Below are positions 9,384 to 18,117 of a DNA stretch of 64,000 nt, one piece after another. A model generated the notes under the pieces. The model saw only the letters and a program-made list of their open reading frames with translations, made no database searches and had not been told where the DNA came from. Numbering within the stretch: the first letter of the stretch is position 1; every line of letters begins with the position of its first letter. Source of the stretch: an uncultured Planctomycetales bacterium (GTDB lineage Bacteria > Planctomycetota > Phycisphaerae > UBA1845 > PWPN01); NCBI GenBank assembly GCA_964586235.1, contig CAZPIO010000014.1, positions 8,482 through 72,481 of the forward strand, read 5' to 3'. A program made the translations under genes and the position numbers.

Positions 9384-11267
9384 ATGAGCACGAACTGGCA
9401 TGATCGATACGCGGGCAAAATGGTAGCCGCGAAGGAGGCCGTCAGGCGCATCGGGAGGGGAAGCCGCGTTTTCATCGGCTCCGCCTGCGGAGAGCCCCAG
9501 CATCTGGTCCGGGCAATGGTCGAGGCCGGGGCGGGCCTGACCGACACTGAGGTGGTGCATGTACTCACCCTCGGCGTCGCCCCATACACCGATCCGAGAT
9601 ACGCCCCCAATTTCCGGGCCAACGCCTTCTTCATCGGCAACAGCGTGCGCGGGGCGGTCAACGAGTGCCGAGCCGACTATACGCCGATCTTCCTCTCGCA
9701 GGTCCCGGCCATGTTCAAGTCGCGGCGGCTCGACATCGACGCCGCCCTGATCATGGTGAGCCCGCCCGATGAGCACGGCAACTGCAGCCTTGGCGTCTCC
9801 GTGGATATCACCAAATCGGCGGCCGAATCAGCCAAGCTGGTCATCGCTCAGGTGAACACCCACATGCCCAGAACGCTCGGCGACTGCTTCATCCACACCG
9901 ACCAGATCGACTTCCTGGTCGAATATGACGAGCCGCTGCTGGAGTGGCCCGCAACCCCGGGCGACGAGATCACTGAGGATATCGCCAACCACATCGCCCG
10001 CCTGGTCCCCGACGGGGCCACCCTGCAGCTTGGTATCGGCCGCATGCCCGACGCCGTGCTGAGCCACCTGACCGATAAGAACGACCTCGGCATCCACACC
10101 GAGATGTTCTCGGACGCAGTGCTTAAGCTGATCAAGTCCGGCAACATCAACGGCAGGTACAAGACCATCCATCGCGGCAAGACCGTGGGGAGCTTCGCCG
10201 CCGGCAGCCACGAGTTGTTCGACTTCCTCAGCAACAACCCCCAGATTGAGATGCATCCGTCGGACTACACCAATCACCCGTTCATCATCTCTCAGCACGA
10301 CAACATGGTGGCCATCAACGCCGCCCTGGAGGTGGATCTGACCGGCCAGGTGTGCGCCGATTCGCTTGGGCAGACGCTCTACAGCGGTATGGGCGGCCAT
10401 GCCGACTTCATTCGCGGCGCAGCCCTGGCCAAGAACGGCAAACCGATCATCGCCCTGCCCAGCACCGCAAAGTCTCCCGAAGGGATTCGTTCACGCATCG
10501 TGCCTTGCCTCCAGGAAGGCGCTGGCGTTATAACCACACGCGGTGACGTCCATTACGTCGTCACCGAGTACGGCGTGGCTTTCTTGCACGGCAAGACCAT
10601 GCGTGAACGGGCCATGGCTCTCATCAACATCGCTCACCCGGACTTCCGCGCCGAGCTGCTGCATGCCGCCAAGCGCCGCCGCCTCGTCTACCCGAACCAG
10701 ATCATGCCGCCCGCCAGGCACGAGTATCCCGACCACCTCGAGAAGACCTACAGGCTTCGCAACGGGCAGGAGGCGCTCCTCCGTCCGATCAAACCCGACG
10801 ACGAGCCGTTGATGAAGGAGATGTTCTACTCGTTCAGCGAACAGACCGTTTACCTCCGCTATCACGGCTCGCTCAAATCGATGCCGCACAACAAGCTGCA
10901 GGTGTTCTGCAACGTCGACTACGAAACCGAGATGGCCGTGATCGCCACCATCGGACCCGCAGGGCATGAAGAGGTCATCGGTGTCGGCCGCTACATGACA
11001 GACGCGGCCAGAACCAACGCCGAGTTTGCCTTTGTCGTCCGCGACGACTGGCAACGGCAGGGTCTGGGTACGGCGCTGTTTGACCGCCTGGTGGAGATCG
11101 CCCGCGACGCCGGCATCCGCAAGTTCGGCGCCGACGTGCTGGCCGAGAACAGCGGCATGCTCAAGATCTTCCACCGCTCCGGTCTGGTCGTGCAGACCTC
11201 GACCGAGGGGGGCGTGGTCCGCGTCGAGATGGCTCTGCCCGAAAACGCCGCCAAGGACCGAAAATAG
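9384..11267 (+). CDS. Acetyl-CoA hydrolase/transferase-family domain fused to a C-terminal Pat-type GNAT acetyltransferase domain
   Basis: 627 aa. The N-terminal ~430 aa (GSRVFIGSACGEPQHL...LQLGIGRMPDAV...HTEMFSD...ALEVDLTGQV..GMGGHADF) resemble 4-hydroxybutyrate/acetyl-CoA CoA-transferases. The C-terminal ~190 aa (LLRPIKPDDEPLMKEMFYSFSEQTVYLRY...AEFAFVVRDDWQRQGLGTALFDRLVEIARDAGIRKFGADVLAENSGMLKIF) resemble the GNAT domain of Pat/PatZ-type protein lysine acetyltransferases. Confidence 0.8.
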   Translation: MSTNWHDRYAGKMVAAKEAVRRIGRGSRVFIGSACGEPQHLVRAMVEAGAGLTDTEVVHVLTLGVAPYTDPRYAPNFRANAFFIGNSVRGAVNECRADYTPIFLSQVPAMFKSRRLDIDAALIMVSPPDEHGNCSLGVSVDITKSAAESAKLVIAQVNTHMPRTLGDCFIHTDQIDFLVEYDEPLLEWPATPGDEITEDIANHIARLVPDGATLQLGIGRMPDAVLSHLTDKNDLGIHTEMFSDAVLKLIKSGNINGRYKTIHRGKTVGSFAAGSHELFDFLSNNPQIEMHPSDYTNHPFIISQHDNMVAINAALEVDLTGQVCADSLGQTLYSGMGGHADFIRGAALAKNGKPIIALPSTAKSPEGIRSRIVPCLQEGAGVITTRGDVHYVVTEYGVAFLHGKTMRERAMALINIAHPDFRAELLHAAKRRRLVYPNQIMPPARHEYPDHLEKTYRLRNGQEALLRPIKPDDEPLMKEMFYSFSEQTVYLRYHGSLKSMPHNKLQVFCNVDYETEMAVIATIGPAGHEEVIGVGRYMTDAARTNAEFAFVVRDDWQRQGLGTALFDRLVEIARDAGIRKFGADVLAENSGMLKIFHRSGLVVQTSTEGGVVRVEMALPENAAKDRK

Positions 11268-11287
11268 ACGGCGGCCGGCAACAGTCC

Positions 11288-12277
11288 TCACTCGGTCACG
11301 AGTTCGCCGGTGTAGACGGCCTCAAAATCGCGTCCTTTCACCTGGCCGAGTGCGTGCAGATCGTCATCGCTCCAACGGGCATCCGGTGCTCCGGAGATGT
11401 ACCAGCTCGATCCGTTGTCTGCCACGATCATGCCGTACGTTTTCAAACCGCGGAGAATGACCCGGACGCAGTCCGGGAACGGCGTCAGATCGAAATCCGC
11501 CCGCAGCCGCACTCGCAACCCCATCGGCGGCAGGTTCGGATCGGTCAAAGTGCTCGCGAAATGCGTGGCCGGCGCCACGTACGCCTGCTGCGTCCGGCTG
11601 ACGGTGAAGCGGAGAGCATGCGTCAATTCGCCCCGTTCGACGATCTCGTCGTAGCGGGCCAGCCCCGGAAATATCGGCAGACCGGCCGCGTCCGCGGATG
11701 TCCAGCCCGCCGGCCGCGATGCGTTCGATGTGAGGTCGAAGATCGCTCCGGAGCCGGCCAGCCAGCCTGTGGCCGTCGGATAGGCATGGTACAGCTCGTA
11801 CAGTCTGTGATTGTCCACGTCGATTGCGATCACATGCCGGTCCCCATCGCTCTGAGAACCACCCTCGATCGGGGCGTCCAGCGCGATCGGGTACGGCCCC
11901 GGGTCGCTCTCGTCGCCATACCACTCGAACGTCACCGGTACCACCGGCTCACCCGCGCGCACCACCACGTACGGAATGCCGATGGGAGCACCCTCCCAGA
12001 CCGTCCCAAAGTCGGGATGCAGCCCCGTGTCCAGCCCGATCGATGCGATGTAGTTGGACGAATTCGCATGCACGGGAAGTCCGGAGATATCCTGATTCCA
12101 TGGGTTGTCCGCCGGGAACACCCGATAACCATTCAGACTGGCCGACGGTGTGACTTCATCACCTCCGCCCGCGTTTCCACCCCGCTCGAGGCATCCGCCC
12201 ACGCCGCCTGCTGCCAGGACCACCAAAGCTCCGATGCAACAGCCCTGAGTCAAGCGCCGAGAGATTCTTGGCCGCAT
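11288..12277 (-). CDS. Conserved secreted lipoprotein of unknown function
   Basis: The start is moved to MRPRISRRLTQGCCIGALVVLAAGGVGGC (GGAGG lies 8 nt upstream; lipobox-like GGC). The body (FPADNPWNQDIS...DRHVIAIDVDNHRLYELYHAY...HALRFTV) has no family I can name. Confidence 0.55.
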   Translation of the reverse strand: MRPRISRRLTQGCCIGALVVLAAGGVGGCLERGGNAGGGDEVTPSASLNGYRVFPADNPWNQDISGLPVHANSSNYIASIGLDTGLHPDFGTVWEGAPIGIPYVVVRAGEPVVPVTFEWYGDESDPGPYPIALDAPIEGGSQSDGDRHVIAIDVDNHRLYELYHAYPTATGWLAGSGAIFDLTSNASRPAGWTSADAAGLPIFPGLARYDEIVERGELTHALRFTVSRTQQAYVAPATHFASTLTDPNLPPMGLRVRLRADFDLTPFPDCVRVILRGLKTYGMIVADNGSSWYISGAPDARWSDDDLHALGQVKGRDFEAVYTGELVTE

Positions 12278-12342
12278 GAATACACCTCCGAACAACGTTT
12301 CATCAGCATTCATCGGCTATTGATCGATGTCCTCTGAGGCGG

Positions 12343-14058
12343 TCAACCGTACAGCTCCCGGCACATTGCCACCAACAGGGCCGCCGACCAGTGATAGTCG
12401 GAAACATTGGTGTAGCCTCCGCCGTAGGCAATCCGCGATTTGCGGTCGATCGCGAACGGCGGGACCTGGTCGTCGCAGTCGTAAAACTCGTAGATGCAGC
12501 CGGTGTACCGCCGCCAGCGGTCGACAATCGCGATCGTGCGGCGCCGGAGCTCCGCAGCCTCGTCGGCAAAGCCGCTGCGATCCAGGCCGACGGCGATGAG
12601 CTGGTTCATGTTCAGCCACGACGGGCCCCGCCACATGTCCGGATGGAACGTCGGCTCATCGGCCGCCACAGTCGGCACCGGCACCGTCCGCCAGAATCGC
12701 TTCGGGCGGACCAGCAGAGCACGCAGTCTCGCCGCCCGATCCCCCGGAACAACTCCCGCGAACAGCGGCAGGAACGTCACGCACGTCGACAGCACGACCA
12801 CGCGCCCGTCGGGCAGCAGGTCGCCATACTGCCCCGCCCGCTCGTCCCACAGCAATCGGTTGATTGCCTCGGCCGCCCGCTGCCGGGCCTGGCGCCATGC
12901 GGCCGTGTCGTCGGTGATTCCAAGAACCTCCGCCATCACCGCCATCTCTTCGAACTCACGGCACAACGTGCAGCTCAAATCCACCGCCCCGAAGTCGGCC
13001 CCGTGATCGAACCGCGGGTTGTTGTCCATCGATTCGTCGCTGTGGAGCCAGCGATAGAGCCCGGTTTCGCCGAAGGCCCTGGTTCGCTGGAAGTACTCCA
13101 CGTATCGCCTGACCTTGGGGTAGATCTCCGCGAGGAAATCCTGGTCGCGGCTCGCCTCAGATACCTGCCGCACGGCCCAGGCCAGGACCGGGCTCTGCGA
13201 AATCTCCGGGAAGTTGCCGTCAGGCTTCATCATCAGGGCGATGCGCCCGTCGCTTTCCTGTGTGTCGAAGACCGCGGCCAGCATGTCCTTGGCCAGATCG
13301 GGAAAGTGATGCACGTGCCCGACCGCGTGATAGCCGCTGTCGTGCAACCACATCCAGCGGTGAGGCCAGCGGTCGGGCGTGGTCCAGCGATGGCGGATCT
13401 GCCCTTCCGGTTGGCAGGTGTTGACCCGCATGATGGTCGCCGCCTTGCGATACGTCGCCACGAGCGATTCCGGCAGCCGAGCGGGCAGTTCAATCGCTTC
13501 AACCCACCGCTTGCGGGCGTCGATCATTCCGTCGAGATCCGCCGCCAGACCCTTCTCCGCGTTGGCTATCGCCGCCCCCCCGTTTTCGCCGCGGGCGAGG
13601 GCGAACCGCACGACCTGGCCATCGTGTCGCACCACCAGCACGGCCACACCCTCCCGAGATCGATGGAGGTACTGCCCGGCCTCCAGCGGGCGCGAGGGCA
13701 TCGTTGCCCCCGTCCACCATGGCGGCATTCTATTGATGGTCCTGCCGGCAAAGGTGTCCTGATCGACAGGAGCGAACGCAAGCCGGCCCTCCTCGCCGTC
13801 GGTGAAGTTGACGCTCAGCCGGATGGCGTCGCCGGTGACGATCTCGAACCACGGCTGGCAGCGCGGATACTTACGGCCGGGGTCCTGCCCGCGGCTCGCC
13901 TGGCACCACAGCTCGATCGCCGGATCGAAAAACACACGCAGCCCGATCCGGTCGCCCAGCGTGTGAGCCACCATCGGCGACGCCGCCCGCGTCGGCCCTT
14001 CCATCCCGCTGAATGCGAATAACTGTCCCGGCCCCCAAGTGTTTGGAATCACGCTCAT
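12343..14058 (-). CDS. (alpha/alpha)6-barrel glycoside hydrolase, GH63/MGH1-like
   Basis: 571 aa. WMWLHDSGYHAVG, DTQESDGRIALMMKPDG, QSPVLAWAV, LWDERAGQYGDL and GPSWLNMNQLIAVGL fit the GH63/trehalase-clan pattern. The family assignment is from memory only. Confidence 0.6.
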   Translation of the reverse strand: MSVIPNTWGPGQLFAFSGMEGPTRAASPMVAHTLGDRIGLRVFFDPAIELWCQASRGQDPGRKYPRCQPWFEIVTGDAIRLSVNFTDGEEGRLAFAPVDQDTFAGRTINRMPPWWTGATMPSRPLEAGQYLHRSREGVAVLVVRHDGQVVRFALARGENGGAAIANAEKGLAADLDGMIDARKRWVEAIELPARLPESLVATYRKAATIMRVNTCQPEGQIRHRWTTPDRWPHRWMWLHDSGYHAVGHVHHFPDLAKDMLAAVFDTQESDGRIALMMKPDGNFPEISQSPVLAWAVRQVSEASRDQDFLAEIYPKVRRYVEYFQRTRAFGETGLYRWLHSDESMDNNPRFDHGADFGAVDLSCTLCREFEEMAVMAEVLGITDDTAAWRQARQRAAEAINRLLWDERAGQYGDLLPDGRVVVLSTCVTFLPLFAGVVPGDRAARLRALLVRPKRFWRTVPVPTVAADEPTFHPDMWRGPSWLNMNQLIAVGLDRSGFADEAAELRRRTIAIVDRWRRYTGCIYEFYDCDDQVPPFAIDRKSRIAYGGGYTNVSDYHWSAALLVAMCRELYG

Positions 14059-14124
14059 GTCTCACAATCCTCGGTACCATCGCCTTCTATGAGTTGGCAT
14101 AGTATAAGGGGAAAATTGGGGTGA

Positions 14125-15324
14125 ATGCGCCGGCTGGCGGCCGGTCTTGCGTCAAGGAAAGCATGGATGAGTGGATCTCGCGAACGATTCTTCGCCGCCG
14201 TGAGGCATCAGCGCCCGGACCGCGTGCCCATGGACCTGTGGGTGCGGCCTGAGGTGATGCGCGAGTTGAGCCGGCACCTCGGCGTGGAGCAGGTTGCCGA
14301 TGTCCTCGGCATAGACTTCGCCAACGTGGACTTGCCGGATCGTTTCGCCGGATTCGACCGCAAGGCCGCCGACCCGAGAGGCGGCGACTGGCCCGGAGCG
14401 GGCGGGCGGTATATCTGGCACGACGAGCGGACCTTCGAAGACCCCTGGGGCATCGTTCGGCGCGTCGGCTCGGACGGCAAGCTGGTGGAGTGGATCAGCG
14501 GGCCGTTCGCCGAGACAACCGATCTGGCGAGCTACATTTTCCCCTGTACCGATCACTTGGCCGAGCCCTCCGAGATCACCGCGCAGATCGCAAGCCTCAA
14601 GGCCGCCGACAAGATCGTCTGCACCGAGGTCGCGATGCCCTTCAAGCGGGCCTGGCACATGCGCGGCCTGGAAAACCTGCTCTGCGACATGCTGATCGAC
14701 CGGGAATTCGTGGCGGGGCTGTACGACCGGATCTATGCCTTCGAAACCGAGCGGGCAGTGCGAGCTGCGACGGCTGGGGCGGACGTGATCCAGGTCGTCG
14801 GCGACATCGCGATGGAGGACCGGCTGCTGTTCAAGCCCGAGATCTTCCGCGAACTCGATGTACCCCGCCTCCGCGAGATGATCCGGAAAACGCGCGAGGC
14901 CAGACCCGACGTGCTGATGTTCTACCACTCCGACGGCGATCTCACCGAGGCCATGGACGACCTGATCAGCGCCGGCTTCGACATCATCAACCCCATCCAG
15001 CCCGAATGCATGGACCCCTACGAGGTCAAGCAGCGCTGGGGCGGCCGGATCACCCTCTGGGGTACGATCAGCGTGCGGACGACGCTGCCTGGCGGCACGC
15101 CGGATTCCATCAGGACCCTCGTGCACGAACGGATCCGCCGATGCGGCCACAACGGCGGCTTCGTCCTGGCCCCTGCCAATCTCATCTCCTACGACACGCC
15201 GGTCGAAAACGTCCTGGCCATGTACGAGGCCGCGCGGGAGTTCAGGTGGCAGTCCCCTGTTTCCGACCGTACGCTGCAACGCGAACACCGAGAATCAGCA
15301 TGTGGCCGGCCATCAGCCACATGA
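14125..15324 (+). CDS. Uroporphyrinogen decarboxylase (URO-D)/MtaA-like family protein, paralog 1
   Basis: RERFFAAVRHQRPDRVPMDLW...; ...MFYHSDGDLTEAMDDLISAGFDIINPIQPECMDP...LWGTIS...GGFVLAPAN. An alternative start is at 14167 (MSGS). The 3' end overlaps the convergent gene by 83 nt. Confidence 0.7.
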   Translation: MRRLAAGLASRKAWMSGSRERFFAAVRHQRPDRVPMDLWVRPEVMRELSRHLGVEQVADVLGIDFANVDLPDRFAGFDRKAADPRGGDWPGAGGRYIWHDERTFEDPWGIVRRVGSDGKLVEWISGPFAETTDLASYIFPCTDHLAEPSEITAQIASLKAADKIVCTEVAMPFKRAWHMRGLENLLCDMLIDREFVAGLYDRIYAFETERAVRAATAGADVIQVVGDIAMEDRLLFKPEIFRELDVPRLREMIRKTREARPDVLMFYHSDGDLTEAMDDLISAGFDIINPIQPECMDPYEVKQRWGGRITLWGTISVRTTLPGGTPDSIRTLVHERIRRCGHNGGFVLAPANLISYDTPVENVLAMYEAAREFRWQSPVSDRTLQREHRESACGRPSAT

Positions 15325-15913
15325 GCGGCGACAGCAGCAGCACAAACCACCCGGACTCAGGCCAATAGATCCAGAAGACCAGGAGGCCGAGCGCAATCGC
15401 GCCGAATACCGCGACGCTCAGCCTCACTGTTCGCAGGTTCCTGGGCCAGTTCTCCAGGTACTCGATCTCCCATTTCCGCCACCAGAAGGCCCACTTCGGA
15501 TCCTCCAGCCGCATCGGCGTCTCGGGGATCTTCCAGCCGCACTCAGGGCAGATGCCGCTGACGTTGCCGGTCAGATCGTACTCGCATCGCCCGCAGTGCC
15601 CGGTATCATCGGCGTAGTTCCGCTGCGCTTCGTCTTCCGTCTGGCGTCTCATCGCCGGCCACACCAACGAGGCCGCACTCACCACCATCACCCCGAGGAG
15701 TAGAGCAGCCTGCCATTCAGTCACTCCATAGCTAAGCAAAAGCCAGGCGAGCATCCCGAAGGAAGTCACCTGGTTGAAGAGGACCCAGCGGTACCGCTTC
15801 CGAACGGCCCGCGGGGAGAGCGAACGCCCGATCCGCCGGTTGACGATCAGCCCGACCACATCGAGCGTCAGGGAGACGCCGACAAAAACCGCAAGCAGCA
15901 GCCAGGTACCCAT
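15242..15913 (-). CDS. Polytopic membrane protein with a CxxC...CPECG zinc-ribbon loop (family copy 1, no poly-Cys tract)
   Basis: Start chosen at MGTWLLLAVFVGV. At least four hydrophobic segments. Central motif CGRCEYDLTGNVSGICPECGW. Confidence 0.55.
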   Translation of the reverse strand: MGTWLLLAVFVGVSLTLDVVGLIVNRRIGRSLSPRAVRKRYRWVLFNQVTSFGMLAWLLLSYGVTEWQAALLLGVMVVSAASLVWPAMRRQTEDEAQRNYADDTGHCGRCEYDLTGNVSGICPECGWKIPETPMRLEDPKWAFWWRKWEIEYLENWPRNLRTVRLSVAVFGAIALGLLVFWIYWPESGWFVLLLSPLMWLMAGHMLILGVRVAAYGRKQGTAT

Positions 15914-16119
15914 GATTCTCCGGACTCCCAAGGGACAGTGCCGCCCCGCAGTCGCCCAATGCACCGATGGCGTCCTTGCCCTGCCGGCAAATCACTTCCT
16001 CCCCAGCCGATTCTGCAGCCGGTCACAGCTTTCGCCGATCTTAGCCGTGCTGATTGCCGAAAGCAGTCCTGTGCCCGGCCTATTCCGAGGAGCCCGCCCG
16101 GATCAAACGTTGGAGCGAC

Positions 16120-16971
16120 TCATTCATTCTCGATGATCGCCTTCACGTGCCTGGCGAAATCCTCCATGCGGGCTTGTGTGTAAATCATGTCGACCAGGCC
16201 TTCGTTGTGATACTCGATGAGTCGTTTCAGGTCGCTCTCGCGGTTGAGCCAGCCGCGTCCGTCAGTGACAAGGAAGAAGTACGTGTGGTATTCCTTGACC
16301 TGCCCGATCTTGAGGACATCCCCAAGGAAGTCGGTCAACTTGCTGCCGGTGGCTTCGAAGCCTTTGGCCTCGACCACGATCTTCGGATGATTGCGGCCGA
16401 TGATCGCGAAATCGCATTTGGCCCCCTGACCCCTCTTTCCAATGAACCTGACCCGGGGCTCGAAGGCGACCGGAATGCCCCGCAGAACCTGCTCGACCCG
16501 ATCCTCCAAGGCACGACCTCGCTTCTGTCCGGCGATCGCCCGGCCACGGCTCATGCGATAGCGCTCGATGAGAATGTCCTCGAGCGTCCAGTTGCGTCGG
16601 AGGTCCTTGACGAGGAGATCGGGGACACCGAGCGCGACGATCGCGCGTGCCATGCGGGTGGGATCCTGCCTGGCGAGCAGGCGCAGGCGACTCCACGTGG
16701 CAGCTCTCATGTCCAGGTGCTTACACAGCCGATGAGCCGCTGATTCCTGCCCTTCGCCCATCAGCAAACGGCATACGTCCAGAAATGCGGCATTGTCTTC
16801 GAGCATCGATGCAAGCTCAGTTACGCTCGGCGCGCGCTTGAGCCGTCGCAGACGCGACAGCGAATCGCGGACCACCTGAATGAGCTCTTCTGCCTGATCG
16901 TCCATCCAGTCAGAAGGCAAATCGCCGAGTTCCGCCAGAATCTGCTTTAGATTGACCTTCTGGAGTTTCAT
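16120..16971 (-). CDS. Type II restriction endonuclease, DpnII/MboI-like
   Basis: 283 aa. GRAIAGQKRGRALEDRVEQVL...CDFAIIG..PKIVVEAKGFEATGSKLTD...FFLVTDGRGW parallels DpnII (GRKNRTGDAMEN...FDFVI...IEVNFYSGSGSKLNE...WITDGQGW), recalled from memory. Its start overlaps the methylase stop by 4 nt. Confidence 0.6.
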   Translation of the reverse strand: MKLQKVNLKQILAELGDLPSDWMDDQAEELIQVVRDSLSRLRRLKRAPSVTELASMLEDNAAFLDVCRLLMGEGQESAAHRLCKHLDMRAATWSRLRLLARQDPTRMARAIVALGVPDLLVKDLRRNWTLEDILIERYRMSRGRAIAGQKRGRALEDRVEQVLRGIPVAFEPRVRFIGKRGQGAKCDFAIIGRNHPKIVVEAKGFEATGSKLTDFLGDVLKIGQVKEYHTYFFLVTDGRGWLNRESDLKRLIEYHNEGLVDMIYTQARMEDFARHVKAIIENE

Positions 16972-18062
16972 CCGGTCCCCACGATGAGGTACTCACGCAC
17001 TGCTGCCCGGTCGCTGGAGACGCGCGCATGGGTCCCGAAATGATAACGATGCTCACGTTCATGAACCTGGACGCTCTTCTTGTGCTTGCGCATCAGCGTA
17101 ACCAGCGCATCGAGGTCCGGATACCCGTTCGATGAATAGGAGAGCACAAGCGTGCTTCGTCGAAACGTCTCAAACATGCGATCGAAAGCGGAAATGCAGG
17201 TTCGACGGTAGGAGAAGGGCGTAAACCGTTTCCGGATCTTCTTGACCCGCGTCGAGGGCAGAATCTCCGCATCCCGGTCCGCCCAGTAGCAGGACAGCCC
17301 TTCGAGAAAATGGTACCGCTTGATGTAGCAGTTATCGTCGGCCCGAGGCACGTAAGGAGGATCCATGTAGACCAGGTCAACACGTTGGTCGGGCAGGTCG
17401 AGCACATCCGACCGGCAGGCGGCATTGTCATGTCCGTTGTCGAACACCGTTGCGTTATAGACCTCCACCGACTCCAGGAAATGCTCCTCCAGCGACAACT
17501 TGAGGTCGCGCCGGTCGTCTTTGTAGTGACTGGGATCACCCGCAACGGTGAACACCCCCCTTGGCTGTCGTTTGATGCATGAGCGGACCAGCGCGGCGAT
17601 GGCCACGCTGCGGTGATAGCGGGTCGGCAGATTCGGCATGTTGGACCAGACGTTGTCAAGGAACTGAAGATCGTCAGGCGTAAAGAAAATGCCCGAAAAA
17701 GTCTCCTCGATAAACCGTTCTTTGCGCGGATTCGGCCTCAAGAGGGTTCGGCAATGGTCCGGAGAGAGCCGGTAGCGCGGGTTCTCGATAGTGGCCAGGC
17801 TGATGTGGTGAGCGAAATTCAGGAAGTCATTCGCCACCACGCGCTTGCCCATGCATTTGAACAAATAGGCCACGCAGCCGCTGCCGGAGAACGCGTCAAG
17901 GGCCGAGTCGAACTCCAGCCCGGAGAGAGTCTCGTGAATCCACGAAAGCAGCCTCGCCTTGCTGCCCATATAGCGCAGGAGGGGGTAGGAGCGAGCGCGC
18001 TCGGGAAACGCCCGGGCAAACGTGAACGTCTGCTGCTCTCGCAGGATCGGGCCGGCTCTCAT
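16968..18062 (-). CDS. N6-adenine DNA methyltransferase, D12 class (Dam/DpnM-like)
   Basis: The ORF 16968..18269 is trimmed to MRAGPILREQ (ATG 18062) so it does not overlap the upstream aminotransferase. Motifs: LLRYMGSKARLL, DAFSGSGCVA (FxGxG SAM site), VYMDPPYVP (DPPY). Confidence 0.8.
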   Translation of the reverse strand: MRAGPILREQQTFTFARAFPERARSYPLLRYMGSKARLLSWIHETLSGLEFDSALDAFSGSGCVAYLFKCMGKRVVANDFLNFAHHISLATIENPRYRLSPDHCRTLLRPNPRKERFIEETFSGIFFTPDDLQFLDNVWSNMPNLPTRYHRSVAIAALVRSCIKRQPRGVFTVAGDPSHYKDDRRDLKLSLEEHFLESVEVYNATVFDNGHDNAACRSDVLDLPDQRVDLVYMDPPYVPRADDNCYIKRYHFLEGLSCYWADRDAEILPSTRVKKIRKRFTPFSYRRTCISAFDRMFETFRRSTLVLSYSSNGYPDLDALVTLMRKHKKSVQVHEREHRYHFGTHARVSSDRAAVREYLIVGTG

Positions 18063-18117
18063 GATGCACCAGAATACCAGATTGCCGGCTTCGCGGCTAC
18101 AACCTTCCCAGGCCGGC

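Noticed and set aside
12391-15288. Long antisense ORFs 12391-14022 (+) and 14152-15288 (-)
   Set aside because: They lie opposite the GH63-like and URO-D-family genes and are Arg/Pro/His-rich shadow frames.
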